Of a stretch of DNA of 64,000 bases, positions 41,124 to 53,079 are shown in pieces (the stretch's first letter is position 1; every line of letters starts with the position of its first letter). A program made the position numbers and the translations under genes. The notes beneath the pieces are model-generated. The model searched no databases. It saw only the letters and a list, made by a program, of their open reading frames with translations, and had not been told where the DNA came from. The DNA is from Lama guanicoe (lineage: Eukaryota). Location: assembly GCA_013239625.1 (NCBI GenBank), contig MU054187.1, forward strand, positions 3,545,757 through 3,609,756, written 5' to 3'.

Positions 41124-44100
41124 TTCCGTTGCGTAAATGACCCAGCGGTGGTTCCGCAGGGGATGACCTTAAATCCGAATTCAAACCTGAAAAGAACAAT
41201 GACACGGAAGCATATTTTCCCCCGCCCCACCCCAACAGGTCCTTTTAATACCAAATAACTCGAGTAATAAAACTGAAATAATCTGGCTTCATTTACAACT
41301 TCAGCCTAGAAGCTTTCTGCTTATAAAATGCCTACCTCTATTTTCAAAAATTCAGTCCAAAAATGAGTATGAAAGAGATCTATCTTATCAGAAGTACAAA
41401 CTGACGTAAAGTGTAATCATATAGCCAGTTTTTAAAAGTTACAAAATTACTTACGCCTTTTAAGACAGCAGCTCTCAATTCCGAGTGTCAGTTCTAGAAA
41501 CTACAAAGCTGTAAGTTAATATCGTGTTATTTACCTTTAATACCCAACGCTTACATAAATTTCCCTTGTTTAATAAGCCAATGCTTATTTCAATGTCAGG
41601 TTGTTATTCATAAAGTTGCACCTTTATTAAGAATAAACAGTAAAAAAGGACCAAATGGGCCATTTATGGTCCAAAATGTCTCAAGGGGAAAAACTCAAAT
41701 GATTAGTTAATATATATATTGGTTTTAAATCTGAATACTTTTTCAAAATGTGCCATTAAAAAAGAAACACAGCTGAAGTAACTAGAACCTTCCAATCACA
41801 AATAACCGAAGTAGCAGTTCACCCAGAATAAAAGTGGCAAAAATTTATGCCTCCTCTAATTTCTTACACACTTGGCATACAGAATGGGGGGGAAACTCCA
41901 CTTCAATTATTGATTTGATTGATGCTGTTTGCCTTCTTCTGACCACAAAGACATGTTAGGATAGTCCCCGAAGCAATGATTTCCATCATACCTTTGGTTA
42001 AGGGGCGTGTCCTTGGATTAAAAAGTCGTCTTCTTGATAAGACTAGTTTCTGCTTTGGTTTTTTCGATTTCACTAAGACACAACTAGCCCTTCCGAAAGG
42101 TTTTCCTTTCACAGTGTGAACTGATCGCAACAGCCGGCACATTTGATCACGTGGCTGACACAGACCAAGGTCGAGTCGGGAAACACCTTTGCAATCCCTC
42201 CAGGCCCCGGAGGAGTAAGAATAGGACCTGGGCTTTGTGATGATCAAAGACGGACAGACGTTTATTTTATGAAGGTTTTGTTTTTGTTTTCTCAAGTTCT
42301 ATGCCACTACAAAGAAAGCACTGGAGCCGCAGTTAATCAGGATAATAGTAAAAGTGTGGGAAGCGGTGTGTGTTCCTTTTTGAGTCCGTCGTAAACGCTC
42401 TGCACTGGGATGATTTTCACAGATTCAAGGATCACTAGCATTAGGGTCCCGGTACCGCATGAGGATAGGAAACAAGCCCCTAAACATGCGGAGGAGAGAT
42501 GGCTTCCCCCGAGCAAAGCACCACGGGAAGCAGCTACCTCCACCATCACCTCCAACAAAAACAAAAACAGAACAGCCCTGGCTGGGACTTTGAGAGAGGA
42601 GAGGGCTGGAGTCTTCGCAGTACCAGGAAGGAATGGCCTTTCACTGTTCTAAGATGTTGTCTCCAAGAAAAGTGGGTCCTGGGAGCGGAAGACAGAATTT
42701 GTCCCTCCATGTTCTCCTGAGAGTGAGGTTTCAACAGATACACCATTGTGAATGGACGTTTCTCAGAGATAATCTGACTAAACTCACCATCTCTTTTGAC
42801 ATTGGGAGTTAGGGGTTATAACATGATTTAAAATCAAATGAAAATTAGAGACAATAAAACCATTTCCCTGTTGATTGAATGAAGTAGGATTCCAGTTTTA
42901 ACGCAGCTCCTCACCATTTTGTGGTACAGCAACGTCAGGCATTGTTCACTGATTTTGCAGAATTTTATACATCACTGTTATTACAAAGAGTAGATTGAAA
43001 ACATTTTCATGCCTTTCAGTGCGATCTGTAGGTGAACTGAGGTCACAGAGATTTATAATTGAACCAACTCTGGGGTGCACGTCACTGCAGGTGTGAACGC
43101 AATTCCCCACCAACTGGCCAGGCAAGTTCATGACCAAGGGGTTATTTTATTTTATTAAATTTTCAAGTTAAAAAAAAAGCCCTCAGGAATCTCTTCAAAG
43201 TTGCAATTAAATTGTACAATGATTTAAATTTGCTCTAATAAATTTCATGCCAATCCTGAGTCCCCGGGGTTAATAAAAACACATAAAGATATATTGTGCT
43301 GTAAGTTCTGGAACCTCCTGGAGAATGGAAGAGACCTTCTCAAGGAAGGAGGGTGGGTGGGAGGGCAGAGGGGGTCCCGTGGGCTGGTCTGATGGCACCT
43401 CTCCCTACAGGGGCCAGGCAGTGCCAGGGTGGCCATCATGTCCCCGGTCCCAGCACAATGGGGAAAAGAGGCAGTGCCAGGAGGAGAGAGAGGGGAACAT
43501 GATTCCAGACCTATTTCACTGTGACAGTGTACTACTGTCCCCCTCACAGCACCCTGGAGCCTCAAAGAGTGAGACAGAGAGACAACAGCGGAGTCCTTGG
43601 TACCGCTCAGTGGCTCCTTCCGTGTGGCCAACGCCCAGGACGTGGCCTGTGGATCTCTCGTGGAGGAGCCCACAGGAGAGGTGGGGATGCAGGCAGAGGG
43701 GGAGCTGGTCCCCCAACTGCTTTACGTGAGGTGTCCTAGTTTTTTAAAAAAATCGCTAATGACTGAAATGTGAGTCTAAACTTACGGTTCAATGAGTTCT
43801 GACGTGTCTCTGCCAGCATCTAACCGCCAGCACAGCCACGATGTGGAGCATCTCCGTCACCCCAAAACCGCCCTCGGCTCCTTCGTGCCTCTGCGCCCAC
43901 CCTGCCCCAGACCACCGCTGACCCCGTCCTGTCACCATGGTGTTGCCTTCTCTGAAATCTCACATAAACGGAGTCACATGCACACACACTTCCTGCTTTG
44001 TTGTCAGAGGATGAATCCCCTGGGGGCTCACCGGTCTGGGTCCCCATCATTCTCAGGAGTCACGGGGATTCGCTTGGGGAAATTTTTGGACTCCTCCTTG

Positions 44101-44419
44101 TGAGAAGCTGGTGGGGTTCCTCAAGGAAAAGCCTGTGAAAGTGCAGGCCCCACCCCCGTTCTGGAGCCCCCCCCCAACACTGGGAGTTTCTCATGCTCAT
44201 GCTGGTCTGCACTCAGCCCCCAGGAACTTCTCAAAATTAATTTTTAAATATTCCTGCCAGCGTAGCTTCTAGAAGCTTCTGCTCCAGGCATCTTTCTGGT
44301 TGTGATCGGCTCGCCAGATTTGGGTGGGGGAGGGGGTTGCCCTGTGGCTGCAGTTCTCAGATGGGTACCAGGAAATTCTTTGATTTTCAGTTTGTCCAGC
44401 TTTTTGTTGGGAGTAATGA

Positions 44420-44514
44420 CTTTTTTTTCTTTTTTAATGGAGGTACGAGGGGTTGAACTCAGCACCTCCGTGCTTGCTAACCATGTGCTCTTCCCCTGAG
44501 CTACACCTTCCCCC
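44420..44514 (-). mobile_element. tRNA-derived SINE (Vic-1-like)
   Basis: ttttaatggaggtacgaggggttgaactcagcacctc...ctgagctacacc. Confidence 0.7.
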
Positions 44515-47500
44515 ACCAGAAGTCAGGTAACGACTTCTGAGCTCTTGACCTGTCAGAGCAGAACCCGCTCTCACACCAGCGTTTTGGATCACCACAAGAA
44601 ATTCGGCTCTCAGGAATGCCGCAACTAGGAAATGAAAAATAAAGACAAGGGAACCCATCCTCTGGCTGCAGCTGATTTTCATAAGGCCCATCCAAAGAAA
44701 CATTTGAGAACCAGATGAAGAGTATCTTTGAAGTGGGCTTGGAATTAAGCGAAGCAGATAGCAGCCTGCTAACAGCCGGGTGACGGTGTGCCTAGTGTCG
44801 GAGCTCAGGCGCTTTTGAGGGTGTAAGGGAGGGGCTTCGTGAGTTCAGCAGGGAGAATCTGTGCATCTCCTTGGATTTGCAGTGCTGTGCATATTTATTA
44901 TAAAATGAAAAACAAGTTAGCATCTGCTATTTACTAGAACTCCTTTCTAACAGAAAACGTGTTTTAGTGAGTGTTCCTAGAGTCTTTGCCGTGGTCACTT
45001 GAACACAAAAATGCTGACACTTCTCCAAGCTTGTCAGCGCCAGTCTTCTCAGACCTTTAGTCAGAATTAAAACAACAGAATGTCCTCTGGTAATTATGGG
45101 TATAACTTCTCTCCTCCTAGTTACGCTGTACAGCCAGAGGGGCGAGTTTGCACATCCATTTAGGCTCAGGGGAAAACTGTTTTCCTTCAGTGTAGTCAAG
45201 AACTCCCCACCTCCCACCCCCATCACAGTCTAATTTATTCCTGATACTTCACATGCTAATGGACTCTTGGCAAACTCCAAAATCTGAGTTAAGTCAAACA
45301 TCCAGCTTTGAGTTGTGCAAGTAATAAAACAAATACTTGTTGAATTGAAACCATGGTTTTCCCCTAACCATGTTGAAATGTACAGAAAAGCATATTGCCT
45401 TCAAAACAGAGCTCAGCCCTCTTCTTCATATGGAACCAAATGCTTAATATACTATGAAAGAATCAAGTAAATATTAAAAGAAATAGACCAACTTCCAAAA
45501 ACCTGCAGGGAAATTACTCAAGGAATAAAACTTCAAAGTTTGCATTTAAAAATCACAACCCTTTTGAAGTTTTATAAGTTTTCATTATAGGACATAAAAT
45601 TATTTTTCTATAGATCATAGTGAGATCTATGGTTACAACAAAGCATTCTTTCCCTTAAAAAACACAGAAATATGGCAATTGCTATGAGCATTTCCTTCAG
45701 TAGGTTCATAGTCAACTCAAGCTGGGGTCACGATGTAGAACGTTTTTGCCTCCTGATCTGCTCTGCTCCTATTATTTCCAGAAATATCACTTTTGCTATT
45801 AATAAATCTTCACTTAGTGCGTCCACGCATCATTGCTCTTTCGTCAGTTAACTCTTCTATCAGATTTCCAGCTGTCCTTAACAGAACCTGCAAAAACTAA
45901 TTGAAAAAAGAAAACAGACATGGAAAATTTGTTCTAGAGCTGGATCAAGTCACATATCCACTGGTGAACAGGGCTGCTCCCCCTAACACTCTGGGCTTCT
46001 CACTTGTAACACTTAACACTCTAGAGAGATCATATTAATTGGGGCAAATGTTAACTTACATTTCATGGAAAAGCAAATACAGATAACCCGTACATATATG
46101 AGTGTCTGTAAGAGAATAAATTAAAGACCCAAAGTCAAAGACATAGCTTTCACTTATTATTCAGGAAAATATCCGAAAGATAATCATAATCTCCTGTGCT
46201 GGAAGGAAATGAGCAAGAAAGCCACATGTCATGCAAAGTCATATGCACAGGAATACACAGTGCGGCACTGTGACCAAAAATAACCAGAATAGAAAGTCTG
46301 CTGTCTGTCAGTGGGGGGCCAGATGAACAGCGGTACCGCCACGCCATGGAGCCCCATGGAATCATTAACAAATCTTAGACTGGTCCTACAAACTCAAAAA
46401 TAAAACAATGTCCATGAGCTATCAGCGGAGGTCAGCAAGGTGCCGGCCCTTGTACTGACAGCACCACAGCCTGAGCGCAGCCTTGCAGTTTATGCTGTGG
46501 GTTTCAGACTGAGCCGGTCCAGGGGGCTAATGCACCTCTTTTCATCACTTCTTTTAGGAATAAGAGGGCTAACATCTCACTCAGCCCATCTCATTCCCTC
46601 TGAGAATCTGATGAAACTGTTGGATCTTCTTTCCCGAAAACTCAGGCATAAGCCCATGCAAAATTTTGCCTCTAATTTCAAAGTGAATTCACTGGAGTCC
46701 ACCCACAGGTGTCCGGAGATCCAAAGATCCTAAGCAAAGAGCTCTTTGTCAGGTAACAGGTCACAGCGCAGCGCCACGCAGAATCCTAGGGAGGCATTGT
46801 AGCTAAGACCTGGGCGGGCGCGCACGCTGTCTGGGGTCTGGTGGGTGTGTGGCCCCTCACGCGTGCTCTCAAAGCCTTGGAAGGGCAGGTGATGCAAGCA
46901 TACGGGCACAGGACTGACCAGGGGCCCAGATGGGCTCCACCCCACCCCTACTTGGCCTACTGGCACCTTCCGTCTGAGAGCCAGGGTGATTGAACTTTGG
47001 CCTTGCTCTTTCCGAAAGGAAGCTTTTCCAGCAGGCGTTGTGCTGCTCGGAAAGCCCCGCGGAGCTGTCCCACAGGAAGAGGGCTGCCAGGGCGGCACAT
47101 CCCTGCACGTGAACCCCAGGGCCCCCCTGGGTCGACGGCCCTGAGGACAGACAGTCTTCCAGTCTATAAAGCCTAAGTAATTGGTACACGTTTTTAATAA
47201 AGCCGGGAAAGCAGAGCATGTTTTACAAGAATTCCACTGAGAATGGATAAAAGAAAAGCTCTGAAAATTCGAGGATTAAACTTTAGTTATCTGTAAAGTC
47301 ATTTTTCAAAATGCAACATTCCCTAATTGGGGTATTGTAAGACATTACAAAGGATGAAAAATGTTTGATTCTTCTTGGCAGCTGTATCTACCCCGGGCCA
47401 GCGAGTGCTTGAATCTTGTCTCTCTCTGAAGGCACCTGACTCTCCTTAGATTTGCTTAGCCGGTTGCCTTAAGACTTCAGTTCCCTGATGAGTTTGAGAA

Positions 47501-47767
47501 CAATCATGAACTTGAGGTCTGTTTCGCTTTTGTCATTGTTGTAAGTCTGGGAAGTGACTCTCTTTCTAGGTCTGTACATCCCAAGCAGAAACTCCAAGTC
47601 TCTATTGGAGAAGTTTAAACAGAAAAATGACATGATGTGATTTAAATATTTAAAAAACAACTTTAGCACTCGTGAAAAAAGAAATGAGTCTGGGGGTGGG
47701 GACAAGAGTGAAAGCAGAGACCAGCAAGGAGGCTACTGCAATAGCCCAGGTAAAAAGTGATGGTGGA

Positions 47768-48310
47768 CCATGTGATCCAGCAATTCCACCTCTGGAAGTT
47801 TATCCCGAAGAATTGAAAGTTGGGTCTTGAAGAGATTTGCACCCCCGTGTTCACTGCAGCACTACTTACAATAGCCGAGAGGTGGAAACAACCTAAATGT
47901 CCATTAATAGAGGAACAGATAAAGAAAAATGTGGTACAGATACAATGGAATGTATTTTAAGGTTTTAAGGTTGAGTAACATCCAGGCAAATGGATGAACC
48001 TTGAGGACATTATGTACAGCGGAATAATTCAGTCACAAAACAACAAATACTGTATTTCACTTGTACGAGGCATCTGACGCGGTCAAACCCTGAGAACCAG
48101 AAAGCAGAACGGTGGTGGAGGGGCCAGGGGGGTGGGGAAGGGGAGGGAAACTTTGTAATTTGTATGTTGTTTAGTGGGTGTAGTGTTTCAGTTTTGCAGA
48201 TGAAAACGTTCTGGAGATGTGCTTCACTACGACGTGAATATATTTAACACTACCAAACTATACACTTAAAAACAGCTAAGATGTTAAATTTTATGTTGTA
48301 GGTGTAAAAA
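47768..48310 (+). mobile_element. L1MB-like 3' fragment
   Basis: ccatgtgatccagcaattccacctctgg...aacaacctaaatgtcca...ctatacacttaaaa. Confidence 0.75.
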
Positions 48311-48392
48311 CCAAACACACAAAACAGTGATGGTGCGTGGACTAGCAGTTGCGGTAATCCCAGGAGTGCTGGGGAACGTGCAGTTTGCTATT

Positions 48393-48986
48393 TGTGATGC
48401 TTAATTTCATGTGTCAACTTGCCCAGGCCCAGGCATTTGGCCAAACGTTGTTCTGGGTGTCTCTGCGAAGTTGTTTTTGGATGAGATGAATATTTAAATT
48501 TCTAAACTGAGTAAAGCAGATTGCCTTCCCTTGTGTGAGTGGGCGTCATCCAGTCAGTTGGAGGCCTGAACAGGACGAAAGGCTGACCCTCTGGGAACTC
48601 CTCCTGCCTAGCTGCCTTTGAGCTGGGACGTTGGCTTTTTCCCGCCTTGACTCAAACTGAAAGCCTGGCTCTTCCTGGTCTCCAGCCTGCTGGTCTTCAG
48701 ACTGAAACGACACCAGTGACTCTCCTGGTTCTCAGGCCTTGGGACTCAGACTGGAACTAAAACATTGTCTCTCCTGGTCTCCTGCTTGGGACTTGCCAGC
48801 ATCCATACTCACATGATCCAATTCCTTATAATAAATTTCATATATTTCAATAAATTTAATACATTTCAATCAATTTCATATATCTTTATACATTTCATAT
48901 AGTTCAATACATTTCATATATATGTATATGAAAAAATAAAAAAAATATGTATTATTGGTTCTATTTCTCTGGAGACTCCCGACACA
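48393..48986 (+). mobile_element. MLT2 (ERVL) LTR with an internal AT-rich expansion
   Basis: Starts tgtgatgcttaatttcatgtgtcaactt and ends attggttctatttctctggagac; TA-rich repeat at 48830-48950. Confidence 0.75.
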
Positions 48987-49599
48987 TTGTTACAGTATAT
49001 AAATCCAAATTTCATAATAATCTCTAACTACTTTAAGAGCTTTATACAACAATTTACTGATATCATTTTTTAGTTTGAGAAAAGATTGAATATTGATTTT
49101 GTGTACACACATAAAATGTTTAAGGCTGAGTGAATTCTGTGTGTTTTTAATAATCGTAGTCAAATATGACCATGCATTTCAACCCCTCAAAATATTCTTC
49201 TGAGATTCATGACATAAGTGGAATGGTATTTTGTTTAAAATTTGTGATTCTGCTTAGAATGACTTTGTATTATCAACCAGCTCAAAGACATGTCTGCTAC
49301 AATTCACACACCAGATACTGAAGTGTATTTCTTTAGGCTATTTAGGGCACTTCTTGTTTTCCCTTTACCCCTCTCTCCCTGAGCAACTCGGCCATTGGAC
49401 ATGACCATCACACAGGGAGTGGGAGCTGCAGTGACCCCACTGCAGGGTGTTGTCACCTGCACAGGGTACGGTGGTGTCCCTGCGGTAGCAGCGGGAACGG
49501 CAGTCCAGCACCGGGCATCCCACCCAAGCGGGATGGGCTCAGTGGAGGAGGAGGACGGACTTGCAGGAGGGGGCAGCCCTGTGAGGGTGCTGCAGCCTG

Positions 49600-50000
49600 A
49601 GTGGGATAAGGAAGGCACCCAAATTACAGCGCCCGTAACCTTCCAAAGTGCCCAGGTCGTGAAAGCCAAAGGAAGACTGAGGAACTGTTCCGGCTACATG
49701 AGACTAAAGAGGCCTTTACCTCAGTGTGACGCCTGAACCAGGTCTGGATACTGAGCTCTGCAGGCAAAATTAGGACAACCGGCAAAACCTGAATGAGACG
49801 TGAGGACCAGATGGCACCAATGTGATGTGCAGCTTTGCTGGCTGTATTGTGGTTGTTTGTGTGGGAAATAGATGGTGACGTGTTTAGATGATGGAGTGTC
49901 ATGTTGATAACTGTTACCCGAATGGCTGAAGAATGTTTTCTGTACTGTTCTTTGCAGCGTTTATGTAAGTTTGATATTGTTTCAAAGGAAAAATAAAAAG
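49600..50000 (+). mobile_element. old L1 (L1MC-like) fragment
   Basis: aaggaagactgaggaactgttcc...ttttctgtactgttcttt...gtaagtttgatattgtttcaaa. Confidence 0.5.
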
Positions 50001-50869
50001 AAGAATCTTTAAGGAACACGTTTGTCAGCATCGTTTTCTGACATTGTGGTAACAACTGACTGATGTGACAAATCAGGCTTACTGTTTTCAGCGTACCAGT
50101 TCATCCCTCTTTCCTGTCTTAAGAGACTGTATACTTTTTGCTCCTGTGGATTTCCCCCCCCTTTTTTTTTCCTATTCCCTCATTTTCTTTAAAGCAAATT
50201 TTAATGGGATTTGTCTTGGGGAAAGATTCCAGCTCAGTGTTGACTTTTGAAAACACGTGAGACTTGATAACCTACAAAGTGCTAAATCATAAGTAAACGA
50301 ATAACAGATATATGATTAAAAACAACTGAAAAATGCTTATAGGAAAACAATGTCAACAGTTCTTAAAAAAAAAAACCTGTAGTTTTGTTAGAACTTTATC
50401 TTTTGCCAGGTATTCATTAAGGTCTTTTTATTGGGTTTTCACATAGGTCGTGGTATTACTCTCCTCCAGGTTTGGCTGAGGTATTGTGAGAATGCAACAA
50501 TTAACAACAGTGGAAGCAAGAGATGTTTGGAATCCCTGTCACCGCCTTTTGTTTGCCAGGCTGAGTCTCTCCCTCTGTTAGTTGGCTGGGAGGTGAATTC
50601 ATTCAGTTGCTACTATGATGCCTGTGTGTCTTGTCAGCGGCACACATAGTCCTTCAAATTATACATTTGTTTTTTTATTAGCTACCTACTTAACTGCAAA
50701 AGCAGTCACCACTGAACTTAGTTGAATTTTAAGCAGAAAAAAATTTTCTTAAACCTCCTGTATTCAGGGAACTCTGTACCAGGTATGATTGAGACAAGAA
50801 ATTCAAGGGGCCAGATTTTCAGATGCATTTCATTTCTTGAAATTCAAATGCATTCATTTTCAAATACTT

Positions 50870-51090
50870 AAATAGCTTACTTTATGCCGACCACTGTCCT
50901 AAGTACATTAAAAATATTAACTCATTTCATTTCCAAACAATTCCACGAGGCATTTTCTATTACTGTTATTTCATTGATGAGAAAAGTAAGGCATGAGAGA
51001 ATCAGCAGCTCAGAGTGCCGGCTAGGAAGGAGCGCAGCCAGGTTCTGAGGGCGGACAGCCTGGCCCGGGAGCCCCCGCGCTCCTCCCGGC
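50870..51090 (+). mobile_element. MIR with a GC/CpG-enriched tail
   Basis: atgccgaccactgtcctaag...attaactcattt...gatgagaaaagtaaggcatgaga...cagcctggcccgggagcccccgcgctc. Confidence 0.55.
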
Positions 51091-53079
51091 GCTGCTCTGC
51101 CTCCGCGCGTCCCGCCGGGGGAGCACCAGCTCCGGCGCTTTCTGCGCTGCAGACTCAGCAGGACAGGTGCTTCATCTCTGCCCAGAGGCCGCACTGAAAC
51201 TACCACAGCGGGAAACCAAGGATTAAATCAGTGACGAGGAAGAAGGGAACAGACCTGTGGGTTTGACAGCTTTCTGGAACTCAGACAGTTGTCGGAGGCC
51301 TGGTTCAGGAAGAAACAGACTGGAGGAAACACGACCCAGAACATGCCCCCCGCGGGGTGTGCTGGTGGCGCTGCCCCTCCTGGGGCTCTGGGGAGGGGAG
51401 CAGTCTGGGTGCAGACTGCAGGAGTTCGAAGGAGGCCACAAACAGGGGCTTAGTTTGAAAACGAGTGTGTGTTGTTGAAACACCTGTGCCAGTCGGCCTG
51501 CCCACAGCCCCAGCCTCCCCAAGGGCAAGAGGGAGCTTGTCCCTGCCGTAAACTGAGTAACCCTGGAAAGAGACACAGTATCAAGTGCCCAACTGTCGCT
51601 CTTCACTGAAGTGCTGTGTGTTGTAGAGGGTCCCCAGGTGCACCCTGAAGGGAAATCAGTCCATGGAAACCTTTGTAGTGGTGAAGAAAGGTGGGTCAGA
51701 GAACCAGGTCTACCTACGCGAGAGGGAAAATCCAGACCAGGAACAGAAAGAAACGCTTAATGATAAATCTTAATTAGGAATGAAAGAAACCAGAGATTCC
51801 CAGAGATACGGCGAGAACAGTAGCTTCAAAAGGAAAAGCCAAAGTAAAGAGACAACCGCCCCTGGGAAACCGGAGGCGACCCCAGGACGAGCACGGCCGT
51901 CTCTATTCGCAGGGTCCCGGTGAACACAGGCTTCAGCTGCCGCAGGGGAGGCAGACGCCACCAGCCCCCGGCAACACGGCTCAGGTACCCGTCACCACAG
52001 TGTGTTACCTGTGTATGACCGGTAACGGGGTAAGCTCCGCCGCCAGCGCTTCAGTCCACAAATCACCAGGTAAATGATCAGTGATCAGCCACGTCATTTC
52101 CTCCAGAGTCTGGAGATCGGTCACCATGTGTCTGTTACTCAGCTCTCACGGAGGCAGCAAAGGCCACAGAGCACGTGGCTGTGTTGCCACTGTGTCTCCC
52201 AGCGATGAACCCATGTGATGTTGAAAAAAAGGAGTTAGAACAGGAAACTGGCCAACAAAGACAAAAGCAGAGCAAAGAAACAAAGAGTGGTAACGCTGGA
52301 AGTGAAATCTGAATCAAATGGAAACAGGGTTACGGAGCAAGAGTGGACCACGGGCGTGTGGACAGCGCCAACACGGAGAGACTGAGACCCGCAGACAAAG
52401 CAACTTCGTGAAGACAGACTATTGGGATGGATAAGGAAAGCGGCTGTGACAGAAGGATGACGAGGTCCCAGAGGAGAGATCCATCAAAAAGAGTCTAGAA
52501 ACACTTCATGACCAAAGTTAGAAGTATGACAGCTCACCAGGGTGTGGAAAAAATCCTTTTAAGTAATATAATGAGAAGAAGGTAAGCATTGTTCAAACTA
52601 CTGTTGGTAAGTTTGGGGTTTTACTTGTTGTTCTCTTTTTTTTAACACACAGAATACTTAAATTCTCAATGTTACTAATGTTTTAGATGACTGCTCTAAA
52701 TATTAGGATTTCCCCTTACATTTAGAAGTAAAAAGATACTTTAATGTTTTCTGAAACTTGGTCACAGAAGAACATGATTCTTCCCGTTGGCTGTTAGGGC
52801 CGTTTTGCATGTCTTCAGCCTGCATGTTTATTGTCTCTGGTCTCATGCTACAGGGCAGAGTGAGGCCTGTCTGAACTTAGATGATTTCTTAGATGCAGGA
52901 GGAACCACTAGATTAAAAGAGATTTAAGAAACACATCCACCAGTCAGATCCTTCTTCAAACAAATAAGCAGAAAAATCAGGGAAGGAAATTGGAACACTA
53001 CTGGATATTGAAGGATATTATGACATTATTGTCATTTTTGGTGGCGACAATCATATCTGACTATATTTCAAAGAGTCCT

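Noticed and set aside
43035..43075. INLCDL resembling kinesin LSLCDLAGSE
   Set aside because: Out of order relative to the other kinesin remnants and lacks AGSE; likely chance.
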